NCBI GenBank assembly: GCA_964629335.1
Contig: CAZVRH010000002.1
Coordinates: 6,631-70,630, forward strand
Reading direction: 5' to 3'
Origin: an uncultured Woeseia sp.
Lineage (GTDB): Bacteria > Pseudomonadota > Gammaproteobacteria > Steroidobacterales > UBA11654
Length of the DNA: 64,000 nt
Numbering within the stretch: the stretch's first letter is position 1; every line of letters starts with the position of its first letter. The position numbers and the translations under genes are program-made. The notes beneath the pieces were generated by a model. That model saw only the letters and a list, made by a program, of their open reading frames with translations, ran no database searches and was not told where the DNA came from. Positions 51,393 to 60,053 of the stretch are shown here, piece after piece.

Positions 51393-52895
51393 ATGGCAGT
51401 AGAAATTATTAAAGTTGTAGACACAGTCTCTGAAGCCAAAGATGTGGAGAGGGAAGTTATATTTGAGGCGATCGAAAATGCAATTGCATCTGCTACAAAG
51501 AAAAAATACGAAGAGAACATGGATGTAAAAGTCATTATTGATAGAGACACGGGTGATTATAAAACCTACAGACAATGGATGGTTTTTGAAGATGACTCAA
51601 GAGAATTAGAAGATCCAGACATTGAACTTAGAATGATTGATGCAGTTGACGTTCAAAAAGATGCATCACCAGGTGAATATGTTCGTCAAGAGATCGATTC
51701 GGTGGATTTTGGAAGAATTGGAGCACAAATTGCCAAACAAGTAATCGTCCAAAAAGTTAGAGAAGCCGAAAAACAAAAGACCATAGATCGATTTTCAGAC
51801 AATGTAGGAGAACTGGTCAGTGGCGTCGTTAAACGCTTGGATCGAAATGGTTTTTATATTGATATCGGAGGTAATTCAGAAGCATTTCTCCCAAGAAGAG
51901 AAATGATTCCTAAAGAAGCCATTCGTCCTCAAGATCGAATAAAAGCATTGTTAAAAGACATAAACACTGATTTAAAAGGCCCCCCATTAATCTTATCAAG
52001 AGTTATGCCTGAGTTCTTAGTTGAGCTTTTTAAAGTTGAAGTTCCAGAAATAACACAAAATCTTATCGAAATCGTCGGCGCTTCAAGAGACCCTGGATTA
52101 AGAGCAAAAATTGCAGTTCGCTCAGACGATAAAAGAATCGACGCTGTTGGGGCTTGTGTCGGCATGAGAGGCTCTAGAGTTCAATCTGTTTCTAACGAGC
52201 TTAATGGAGAGAGAATAGATATCATCCTTTGGTCTGATAACGACGCACAGTATGTTGTTAATGCTATGTCGCCTGCAAATGTTGTCTCTATAATTGTTGA
52301 CGAAGAAAACCAATCAATGGACATCGCCGTTGAGGAAGCAAAATTATCACAAGCAATTGGACGCGGCGGACAGAACATAAGACTTGCCAGTGAACTGACA
52401 CAATGGAAATTAAACATTCTAAGTGAAACAGAAGCCCTCGAGAAAGATGATGCGGAATTAAAACAGATAACCGATCTATTCGTTGAATCATTATCAGTAG
52501 GAGACGATGTTGCAATATTGCTTGCACAAGAAGGTTTTACAACAATAGAACAAGTTGCATATGTCCCAATATCTGAGCTAGAAAAAATTGATGGATTTGA
52601 TGAGAAACTTGTCAATGAACTAAGAGAAAGAGCTCAAGATCAATTACTTATTGAAGCTATTTCAACTGAAGAAAATCTGGATGAACATGGTCCTGAAGAA
52701 GATCTGCTTAAACTTGAATCTGTTAGTGAAGAATTGGCATATTCCTTAGCAAGATCAGGGATTAATACAAGGGAAAAACTTGCAGAACAATCTGTCGATG
52801 AACTAATTGATATAGAAGACATAAATGAAGAAGAAGCCGCTACCATCATTATGGAAGCTAGGGAGATATGGTTCAATGATGATGATAAGGATTAA
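51393..52895 (+). CDS. nusA: Transcription termination/antitermination factor NusA
   Basis: S1 domain (GELVSGVVKRLDRNGFYIDIG), KH domains (VGACVGMRGSRVQSV; AIGRGGQNIRLAS) and acidic C-terminal repeats. Confidence 0.96.
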   Translation: MAVEIIKVVDTVSEAKDVEREVIFEAIENAIASATKKKYEENMDVKVIIDRDTGDYKTYRQWMVFEDDSRELEDPDIELRMIDAVDVQKDASPGEYVRQEIDSVDFGRIGAQIAKQVIVQKVREAEKQKTIDRFSDNVGELVSGVVKRLDRNGFYIDIGGNSEAFLPRREMIPKEAIRPQDRIKALLKDINTDLKGPPLILSRVMPEFLVELFKVEVPEITQNLIEIVGASRDPGLRAKIAVRSDDKRIDAVGACVGMRGSRVQSVSNELNGERIDIILWSDNDAQYVVNAMSPANVVSIIVDEENQSMDIAVEEAKLSQAIGRGGQNIRLASELTQWKLNILSETEALEKDDAELKQITDLFVESLSVGDDVAILLAQEGFTTIEQVAYVPISELEKIDGFDEKLVNELRERAQDQLLIEAISTEENLDEHGPEEDLLKLESVSEELAYSLARSGINTREKLAEQSVDELIDIEDINEEEAATIIMEAREIWFNDDDKD

Positions 52896-52911
52896 CATTT
52901 GAGAAAACACT

Positions 52912-55323
52912 ATGTCTAATACAACAGTATCAAAGCTAGCCTTGGCACTTAAAATCAGTCCAGATAAACTGATTTCACAATTGAATGATGCAGGTGTTAG
53001 TGTTAAGAATGAAACTGATGAATTATCCAATGACCAGAAGTTGACTCTGTTAAATCATCTAAGAGGCAGTCACGCTACAAAAAAAGAAATTAAATCTCCT
53101 AAAAAGTTAACGGTTAACAGAAGATCGCAAAGTGAATTGAAATTATCTGGGGGATTTGGGACTTCAAGAACAGTTAATGTTGAAGTAAGAAAAAAGAAAA
53201 CATATTTAAACAAAGAATCTCTCATTGAAGATGCAAAGCAGGAAAATGCATTAAATGAAGAAATTGAACAAAAGAAACAACAAAACATTAAACAAGAAAC
53301 TTCAGAAGAGATTCAGGATATACCGACTACAGATAACAATGATAATGAAATAAATCAAAATATTCCCCCTGCAGTTGACGCTACTAAATCTCAAGGCAAG
53401 CCTAGTAAGAAAAAAAGAAAAAAAGGCAAACCTGCAAAAAAAGAAGACCCATTCGAAATGGTAGAACTCCATGTTAAGGGCCGAGTAAAACGAAAGAAAA
53501 AAAGACAAATTAGAAGAACAGTTAATCCGGCTTCTCTGGACCAATCCCATTCTTTCGAAAAACCTACTGCACCAATAATTAAAGATATCTCAGTGCCGTC
53601 TTCAATTTCACCACAAGAAATTGCCCAAAAATTAGCCATAAAAGTCAATGAAGTAATCTCAGTTTTAATTAATCAAGGGATTATGATTACTGGAAATGAT
53701 CACATTGACCAAGACACAGCAATACTAATCATTGAAGAGCTAGGACATAAAGCTTATCCAATGGATGAACGATCGGTTGAGGACTCAATTTTTGATCAAC
53801 AAACAAACCCAAATGATTTGGTAGAAAGGCCTCCTGTCGTCACTATCATGGGACACGTTGATCATGGTAAAACTTCTTTGCTGGATTATATTAGAAAATC
53901 AAAGGTCACTGACAGTGAAGCGGGTGGAATTACACAACACATCGGTGCTTATACTATCAATTATCAGAACAAGGATATCACTTTCCTGGATACACCCGGC
54001 CATGCTGCCTTTTCTCAGATGAGATCTAGAGGAGCCAATATCACGGATATTGTTATTTTAATAGTCGCTGCAGATGATGGTGTTAAACCCCAAACTAAAG
54101 AAGCCATTCAGCATGCAAAAACTGCAAAAGTACCGATCATAATAGCAATTAATAAAATTGATAAACCCGAATCAGATATTGAAAAAGTTAGAAATGAGTT
54201 GATGGCAGAAGAAATTCTTCCAGAGGAACTTGGGGGTGAGCACTTATTCGTAAATGTTTCGGCTAAATCTGGTGATGGAATTGATGATCTACTAGATACC
54301 GTTTTACTCCAATCTGAAGTACTAGAGCTTAAAGCTCCGAATGAAGGCAGGCCAATAGGTTCAGTAATCGAATCAGGAATAGAAAGTGGTAAAGGTGCTG
54401 TGGCAACTATCCTCATACAAGAAGGGAGACTAAATAAAGGTGATCTAGTGATCGTGGGTGAAGAATCTGGAAAGGCACGATTGCTTCTAAATGAGAACTC
54501 TGAACAATTAGATTATGCAATACCGTCCATGCCTGTAAGATTGTACGGACTGTCTGCTGCTCCAAATACAGGCGAAGAAATGAGAGTAATAGATTCAGAA
54601 AGACAAGCAAAAGAAATTATTGAAACGAGAAAATCAAATAGAAAACAGAATCTATTAAATGAAAAACAAACACTAAGAATGAAATCCTTTATGGAGAGCT
54701 CAGGTTCTACAACCGATAAAAAAACCATCCCTATTATGATTAAAGCAGATGTTCAAGGCAGTTCAGAAGCAATCAAAGAATCTCTGATTAAATTAGAAAC
54801 TGAAGAAGTCGAAATTGACATAGTCTCAAGTTCAATTGGGGGTATTACAGAATCCGACATTAATTTAGCGGAAGCCTCTGATGCTTTTATTATTGGCTTC
54901 AATGTTAGGGCTGATACTACAGCTCGTAAAATGATTAAAGATTCTATAGTGGATGTTAAATATTACAGTGTTATTTATGAAACTATTGAAGATATAGAAA
55001 ATATGATCAGTGGCCTCTCAGCGCCAATAATAAAAGAACAAATATGCGGTCTTGCTGAAGTACGAGATATTTTCGATTCACCAACACTGGGCAAAATTGC
55101 AGGGTGCTTAGTTATAGATGGAACCGTTATTAGATCCAATCCAATAAGAGTCTTAAGAGACAACACAGTAATTTACGAAGGTGAATTAGAGTCACTTAGA
55201 CGTTTTAAGGACGATGTTAATGAAGTTCAATCAGGAACTGAATGCGGTATTGGTGTAAAAAATTATAACGACGTTAAAACAGGCGATCAAATAGAGTGTT
55301 ATAAAATGGTTGAAAGTAAGTAA
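52912..55323 (+). CDS. infB: Translation initiation factor IF-2
   Basis: G domain VTIMGHVDHGKTSLLD, DTPGH and NKID. Lys-rich N-terminal region. 803 aa. Confidence 0.96.
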   Translation: MSNTTVSKLALALKISPDKLISQLNDAGVSVKNETDELSNDQKLTLLNHLRGSHATKKEIKSPKKLTVNRRSQSELKLSGGFGTSRTVNVEVRKKKTYLNKESLIEDAKQENALNEEIEQKKQQNIKQETSEEIQDIPTTDNNDNEINQNIPPAVDATKSQGKPSKKKRKKGKPAKKEDPFEMVELHVKGRVKRKKKRQIRRTVNPASLDQSHSFEKPTAPIIKDISVPSSISPQEIAQKLAIKVNEVISVLINQGIMITGNDHIDQDTAILIIEELGHKAYPMDERSVEDSIFDQQTNPNDLVERPPVVTIMGHVDHGKTSLLDYIRKSKVTDSEAGGITQHIGAYTINYQNKDITFLDTPGHAAFSQMRSRGANITDIVILIVAADDGVKPQTKEAIQHAKTAKVPIIIAINKIDKPESDIEKVRNELMAEEILPEELGGEHLFVNVSAKSGDGIDDLLDTVLLQSEVLELKAPNEGRPIGSVIESGIESGKGAVATILIQEGRLNKGDLVIVGEESGKARLLLNENSEQLDYAIPSMPVRLYGLSAAPNTGEEMRVIDSERQAKEIIETRKSNRKQNLLNEKQTLRMKSFMESSGSTTDKKTIPIMIKADVQGSSEAIKESLIKLETEEVEIDIVSSSIGGITESDINLAEASDAFIIGFNVRADTTARKMIKDSIVDVKYYSVIYETIEDIENMISGLSAPIIKEQICGLAEVRDIFDSPTLGKIAGCLVIDGTVIRSNPIRVLRDNTVIYEGELESLRRFKDDVNEVQSGTECGIGVKNYNDVKTGDQIECYKMVESK

Positions 55324-55326
55324 TTA

Positions 55327-55686
55327 ATGGCCAATGACTATTCAGCATCTAATCGATTAGAGAAAAGAATTCAAAGAATCATCAGTCACAACCTGATTCA
55401 TAATATTAAAGATAATAGACTTAAAGATGTCTCCATAAATGACGTTCAATTAACTAAAGATTTAAGTATTGCAAAAGTTTTTTGCTCAACTCTTGTTCAA
55501 GAAAAATCCAATAAACATCTTGAAAAGTTGTTATCTAAGGCTTCTGGTTTTTTCAAAAAAGAAATCGGAAAATCTTTAAACATAAAAAAAATACCCGATC
55601 TTCACTTTATCATCGACAATCATGAAGAATACGCTAATCGAATAAACCAACTTATTGAAGATGCCGTAAAAAATGACAAAAAATAA
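55327..55686 (+). CDS. rbfA: Ribosome-binding factor A
   Basis: 119 aa. VSINDVQLTKDLSIAKVF, plus the position after infB. Confidence 0.88.
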   Translation: MANDYSASNRLEKRIQRIISHNLIHNIKDNRLKDVSINDVQLTKDLSIAKVFCSTLVQEKSNKHLEKLLSKASGFFKKEIGKSLNIKKIPDLHFIIDNHEEYANRINQLIEDAVKNDKK

Positions 55687-56578
55687 CAATGAAGTGAATG
55701 GGATATTATTACTTGATAAAGCCAAAGGCATATCTTCAAACAAGATCTTACAAAAAGTTAAAGCGCTGTTTAACGCTAACAAGGCAGGACATTGCGGAAC
55801 TTTGGATCCATTAGCAACAGGGCTTTTACCAATATGTTTTGGTGCTGCTACCAAAACAGTTCCGTATTTAATTAACTCATCCAAAACCTATAATGTAACG
55901 GCTAAATTAGGAGAAAAAACAACCACAGGCGACTCAGAAGGAGAAGTTATCGAGCATGTACAAAATCAAAAAAACTATACAATCCAAGAAATCAAAACAG
56001 TCCTGGACGTATTTATTGGAGAAATAAATCAAACTCCTCCTATGTATTCTGCCGTTAAAGTAAATGGAACCCCTTTATATAAAATTGCTCGGAAAGGAAA
56101 AAGCGTTCTCAGGAAAACAAGAACGATAAACATTCATAAAATCCTAATTAATTCATTGGAAAAAAACATGATAAACCTGAGCATTCACTGCAGCAAAGGA
56201 ACCTACATTAGAACCTTGATTGAAGACATTGCCATACAGTTAAAAACACATGGCCATGTTAAAGAGTTAAGACGTCTTTCTATAGATGCATTTGGAACAC
56301 AAGAAATGATTTCAATTGAGCAACTCTTGGACTGCGACGACGATAAATTAACTCATTTTCTAAAACCCATTGATTTTGGCTTAAAGCACTTACCGAGTCT
56401 TGTAATCAATAAAGAAGATTCAATTCGATTCTGCCAAGGTCAAGAGATTAAATACAGCAACCTTGGGCTAAATAAAAAAACGATCAGAATTTATAACAGT
56501 AAACGAATTTTAATTGGGCTTGCCACCCAACAAATAAGAGATTACATAAAGCCCGTTAAAGTTTTTGTAAATAATTAA
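55673..56578 (+). CDS. truB: tRNA pseudouridine-55 synthase
   Basis: GILLLDKAKGISSN and GHCGTLDPLATGLLPICFG (catalytic Asp). Confidence 0.93.
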   Translation: MTKNNNEVNGILLLDKAKGISSNKILQKVKALFNANKAGHCGTLDPLATGLLPICFGAATKTVPYLINSSKTYNVTAKLGEKTTTGDSEGEVIEHVQNQKNYTIQEIKTVLDVFIGEINQTPPMYSAVKVNGTPLYKIARKGKSVLRKTRTINIHKILINSLEKNMINLSIHCSKGTYIRTLIEDIAIQLKTHGHVKELRRLSIDAFGTQEMISIEQLLDCDDDKLTHFLKPIDFGLKHLPSLVINKEDSIRFCQGQEIKYSNLGLNKKTIRIYNSKRILIGLATQQIRDYIKPVKVFVNN

Positions 56579-56586
56579 TTATCTTG

Positions 56587-56614
56587 TTGTTGTAATGGTT
56601 AATGTATGTAGAAT
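56587..56614 (+). promoter_or_regulatory. Candidate sigma70 promoter for rpsO
   Basis: TTGTTG, a 16-nt spacer, then TAGAAT, about 31 nt upstream of the rpsO ATG. Confidence 0.3.
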
Positions 56615-56645
56615 AGCGTTTTGAAAATAACAATTAATAGAAATA

Positions 56646-56915
56646 ATGACTTTATCAACCGATACAAAGAAAGAAGTTATAGACAAATACCAGACTTCCA
56701 AGGAAGATACTGGTTCGACTAATGTACAAGTTGCATTATTAACAGAGAAGATAAACTCTTTAACGGATCATTTTAAGATTCATAAAAAAGATAATCATTC
56801 TAGAAGAGGGCTTTTGATGATGGTAAATAAAAGAAGAAAACTTCTTGATTACCTTAAATCTAAGGATCTTCCGTCTTATAAGCAGCTTATTTCAGATTTA
56901 GGATTGAGAAAGTAA
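56646..56915 (+). CDS. rpsO: 30S ribosomal protein S15
   Basis: 89 aa. [37 protein letters not shown]. Confidence 0.96.
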   Translation: MTLSTDTKKEVIDKYQTSKEDTGSTNVQVALLTEKINSLTDHFKIHKKDNHSRRGLLMMVNKRRKLLDYLKSKDLPSYKQLISDLGLRK

Positions 56916-56927
56916 ATATTTTTAAAT

Positions 56928-56943
56928 AGAGCAATAGGGCTCT
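56928..56943 (+). promoter_or_regulatory. Short stem-loop in the rpsO-pnp spacer
   Basis: AGAGC aatagg GCTCT (5-bp stem). It is in the position of the E. coli rpsO terminator / pnp leader hairpin, but it is weak. Confidence 0.2.
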
Positions 56944-56961
56944 TAATAAAAAGGAAAATAA

Positions 56962-59049
56962 GTGAATCAAATATCTAAAGAGATCATAATCAATGATCAA
57001 AAAATCGTATTAGAAACTGGAAAAATCGCAAGACAAGCAAATGGGTCTGTTCTTGTTTCATGTGAAGGAACATCAATATTAGCTACAGTTGCAGGCCGTA
57101 AAGAGGCGTCAGAAGGTCAAAGCTTCTTTCCACTCTCAGTTAACTATCAAGAAAAAACATACGCAGCGGGAAAGATACCTGGAGGGTTTTTTAAACGTGA
57201 GGGCAGACCTTCAGAAAAAGAAACCTTAATCTCTAGACTCATTGATAGACCATTACGGCCATCATTTCCAGATGACTTTTTAAATGAAATACAAGTTGTC
57301 TTAACAGTAGTGAGCTTAAACCCAGAGGTGCAAACAGATATCTTATCTATGATTGGAGCATCCGCTGCTATCTCTATATCCGATATCCCTTTTAATGGTC
57401 CAATTGGTGGAGCAAGAGTCGGCTACATTGACAATAAGTTCGTAATTAACCCGACAGTCAGTCAAATGGAAGATTCTAAACTCGATCTTATTGTTGCAGG
57501 AACCAAAGAAGCAATTCTAATGGTTGAATCTGAAGTTGATATTTTATCTGAAGAAATCATGTTAGATGCCGTAATGGCAGGTCATGAGGCAATAAAAGAC
57601 ACTATACTGGGAATAGACGGATTAGTTGAACAAGCTGGTAAGGATAAGTGGGTTATTGAAACTGTCGTACAAGATGAAAAACTTAAAAAGATTGTTAATG
57701 ACCTAGCTTTTGAGAAAATTAAAACAGCTTACCAAACCGCAGATAAAGTAGATCGACAAAATCAACTTGAAGAAATAAAAAACTTTGCTCTTGATGGGGT
57801 TAATACTGAGAATAACGAAGAATACGAATCATCTGATGTTTTAAGTCTAGTTAAGAAAATTGAAAAAGAGATAGTCAGATCTCAAATACTCAATGGTGAC
57901 GCTAGAATAGATGGAAGAGACACAGAAACTGTTAGAGATATCAACATTGAATTAAATATTCTAGAAAGAGCTCATGGATCTGCATTGTTTACCCGAGGAG
58001 AGACTCAAGCTCTTGTTGCTACGACCTTAGGTACTGAGAGATCTTCCCAAATAATTGATGCTCTTGAAGGAGAATACAAAGATAAGTTTATGCTTCATTA
58101 CAATTTCCCACCTTACTCAGTTGGTGAAACAGGCTTTATGGGATCACCAAAAAGAAGAGAGATTGGTCACGGTAAACTCGCCAGACGATCGTTAGAGGCT
58201 GTGCTTCCAGATATGGACACTTTTCCTTATGCAATTCGATTGGTATCTGAAATTACTGAATCAAACGGTTCCAGTTCGATGGCAACTGTTTGTGGTTCAA
58301 GTTTGTCCCTAATGCATGCAGGAATACCAATAAAGTCCCACGTGGCTGGAATAGCAATGGGACTTGTCAAAGAAGGTGATCAATATAAGGTCCTAACAGA
58401 TATCTTGGGTGATGAAGATCATCTAGGTGATATGGACTTTAAAGTTGCTGGGACTTCTGAAGGTATTACCGCCTTACAAATGGATATTAAAATTGACGGT
58501 ATCACAAAATCAATAATGCATGATGCTCTAGAACAGGCAAAAAAAGCAAGGTTGCACATACTTGATTTAATGAATAAATCTATTGCTAAACCCTCTGAGA
58601 ATTATTCACCATTTGCTCCATCAATAATTACGATAACGGTTCCAAAAGACAGAATCAGAGACGTCATTGGTAAGGGTGGTTCGACCATTAAATCTTTAAC
58701 AGAAGTGACTGGAGCTCAAATCGACATCAACGACGACGGGGTTGTCACCATAGCTTCTGTCGATCAGTCTTCAGGTCAAATGGCTAAAGAAAAAATTGAA
58801 CTGCTGACCGCTGAGGTAGAAAAAGACAAGATATACGAAGGAAGGGTTTCTAAAATTATGGATTTTGGAGCTTTTGTAACAATTCTTCCGGGTCGAGACG
58901 GTTTAGTTCATATTTCTGAAATCTCTGAAGATCGAGTGGAAAAAGTGACCGATGTTTTATCTGAAGGTCAAATTATCAATGTAAAAGTGATTGAAATTGA
59001 CAGACAAAATCGAATCAGACTGTCTATGAAGAAAATAGAACAAGACTAA
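56962..59049 (+). CDS. pnp: Polyribonucleotide nucleotidyltransferase (PNPase)
   Basis: Two RNase PH domains, KH ([12 protein letters not shown]) and S1 ([13 protein letters not shown]). GTG start with AAAGGA upstream. Confidence 0.96.
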   Translation: MNQISKEIIINDQKIVLETGKIARQANGSVLVSCEGTSILATVAGRKEASEGQSFFPLSVNYQEKTYAAGKIPGGFFKREGRPSEKETLISRLIDRPLRPSFPDDFLNEIQVVLTVVSLNPEVQTDILSMIGASAAISISDIPFNGPIGGARVGYIDNKFVINPTVSQMEDSKLDLIVAGTKEAILMVESEVDILSEEIMLDAVMAGHEAIKDTILGIDGLVEQAGKDKWVIETVVQDEKLKKIVNDLAFEKIKTAYQTADKVDRQNQLEEIKNFALDGVNTENNEEYESSDVLSLVKKIEKEIVRSQILNGDARIDGRDTETVRDINIELNILERAHGSALFTRGETQALVATTLGTERSSQIIDALEGEYKDKFMLHYNFPPYSVGETGFMGSPKRREIGHGKLARRSLEAVLPDMDTFPYAIRLVSEITESNGSSSMATVCGSSLSLMHAGIPIKSHVAGIAMGLVKEGDQYKVLTDILGDEDHLGDMDFKVAGTSEGITALQMDIKIDGITKSIMHDALEQAKKARLHILDLMNKSIAKPSENYSPFAPSIITITVPKDRIRDVIGKGGSTIKSLTEVTGAQIDINDDGVVTIASVDQSSGQMAKEKIELLTAEVEKDKIYEGRVSKIMDFGAFVTILPGRDGLVHISEISEDRVEKVTDVLSEGQIINVKVIEIDRQNRIRLSMKKIEQD

Positions 59050-59052
59050 CAA

Positions 59053-59505
59053 TTAATTATCGCTGAATTGTTTTTCTGTTATTTCTCTTCTTTCTTGTGC
59101 TTCTAAGGTAAGGTTAGCCACAGGTCTAGCTTCAAGTCTCTGAAGGCCGATCTCTTCACCGGTTTCTTCGCAATAGCCGTAGGTGCCATCATCTATCTTA
59201 TTTAATGATATCTGAATTTTACGAAGCAATTTTCTTTCCCTGTCTCTTGTTCTCAGTTCTAGGCCAAATTCAGATTCCTGAGTTGCTCTATCATTAGGGT
59301 CAGCCAAACTGTTACTGTCGTTTTGCATATGATTGACTGTTTTTTCTGCTTCTTTTTCTAATTGTTTTTTCCAGGCACTTAAAAGCTTTTTAAAATGTGA
59401 CAACTGCCATTTGGTCATATATTTCTCTTTTGCTCTGAGCTTATAAGGTTTCATCCCAAATTGCTCAAGCAATGAACCATTATGAATATTGTTTTGTTTT
59501 GGCAT
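59053..59505 (-). CDS. dksA: RNA polymerase-binding transcription factor DksA, variant without the Cys4 zinc finger
   Basis: Coiled-coil tip ADPNDRATQESEFGLELRTRDRERKLL. The C-terminal GYCEETGEEIGLQRLEARPVANLTLEAQ aligns with the CxxC-N17-CxxC module but reads C..T-N17-T..A. Confidence 0.85.
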   Translation of the reverse strand: MPKQNNIHNGSLLEQFGMKPYKLRAKEKYMTKWQLSHFKKLLSAWKKQLEKEAEKTVNHMQNDSNSLADPNDRATQESEFGLELRTRDRERKLLRKIQISLNKIDDGTYGYCEETGEEIGLQRLEARPVANLTLEAQERREITEKQFSDN

Positions 59506-59538
59506 AGTTATATAAAAACTTCTCTTAGAAAAAAAGCA

Positions 59539-59566
59539 ATTATACTTTCGAATTTTAAATTGTGAA
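59539..59566 (-). promoter_or_regulatory. Candidate sigma70 promoter for dksA
   Basis: The minus strand reads TTCACA, a 16-nt spacer, then TATAAT, about 33 nt upstream of the ATG. Confidence 0.4.
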
Positions 59567-59583
59567 GCATTTTGATGTCCTTT

Positions 59584-59967
59584 TTAAAGATTTATTTTAG
59601 ATCTCCAGTTTTTCTTTCTGTCTTCAAACTCAACTTCTGTATAGATTCCGCCTCTGACATTAAACTTGGATCTTACATTGATATACCTTGGCTGAAGGAC
59701 TTGCTTTAAATGATTATGAATTTGATTCGTGACAGCCTCATGAAAAGCGCCTTCATCTCTATATTTAGCCATATACTCTTTCAATGATTTTAGTTCTATA
59801 CATAATTTGTCAGGTACGTATTTAATATAAATTTTTGCAAAGTCTGGTTGACCTGTTTTGGGACAAAGACAAGTGAACTCAGGGATTTTAATTTTGATTA
59901 AATAGTCAGATTCAGTATTTGGGTTATCGAATGAATCCAGATCATTGGACGATATCTTATTGGTCAT
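59584..59967 (-). CDS. queF: NADPH-dependent 7-cyano-7-deazaguanine (preQ0) reductase, unimodular type
   Basis: [15 protein letters not shown] (catalytic Cys) and QueF motif ELKSLKEYM. 127 aa. Confidence 0.9.
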   Translation of the reverse strand: MTNKISSNDLDSFDNPNTESDYLIKIKIPEFTCLCPKTGQPDFAKIYIKYVPDKLCIELKSLKEYMAKYRDEGAFHEAVTNQIHNHLKQVLQPRYINVRSKFNVRGGIYTEVEFEDRKKNWRSKINL

Positions 59968-60053
59968 ATGAGTTCCTTGTAAACTAGTTGGAATAAATAA
60001 TGTATATATATCTTAATTCATTTAAAATGAAGCAACTAATTTTATAGTTATTT

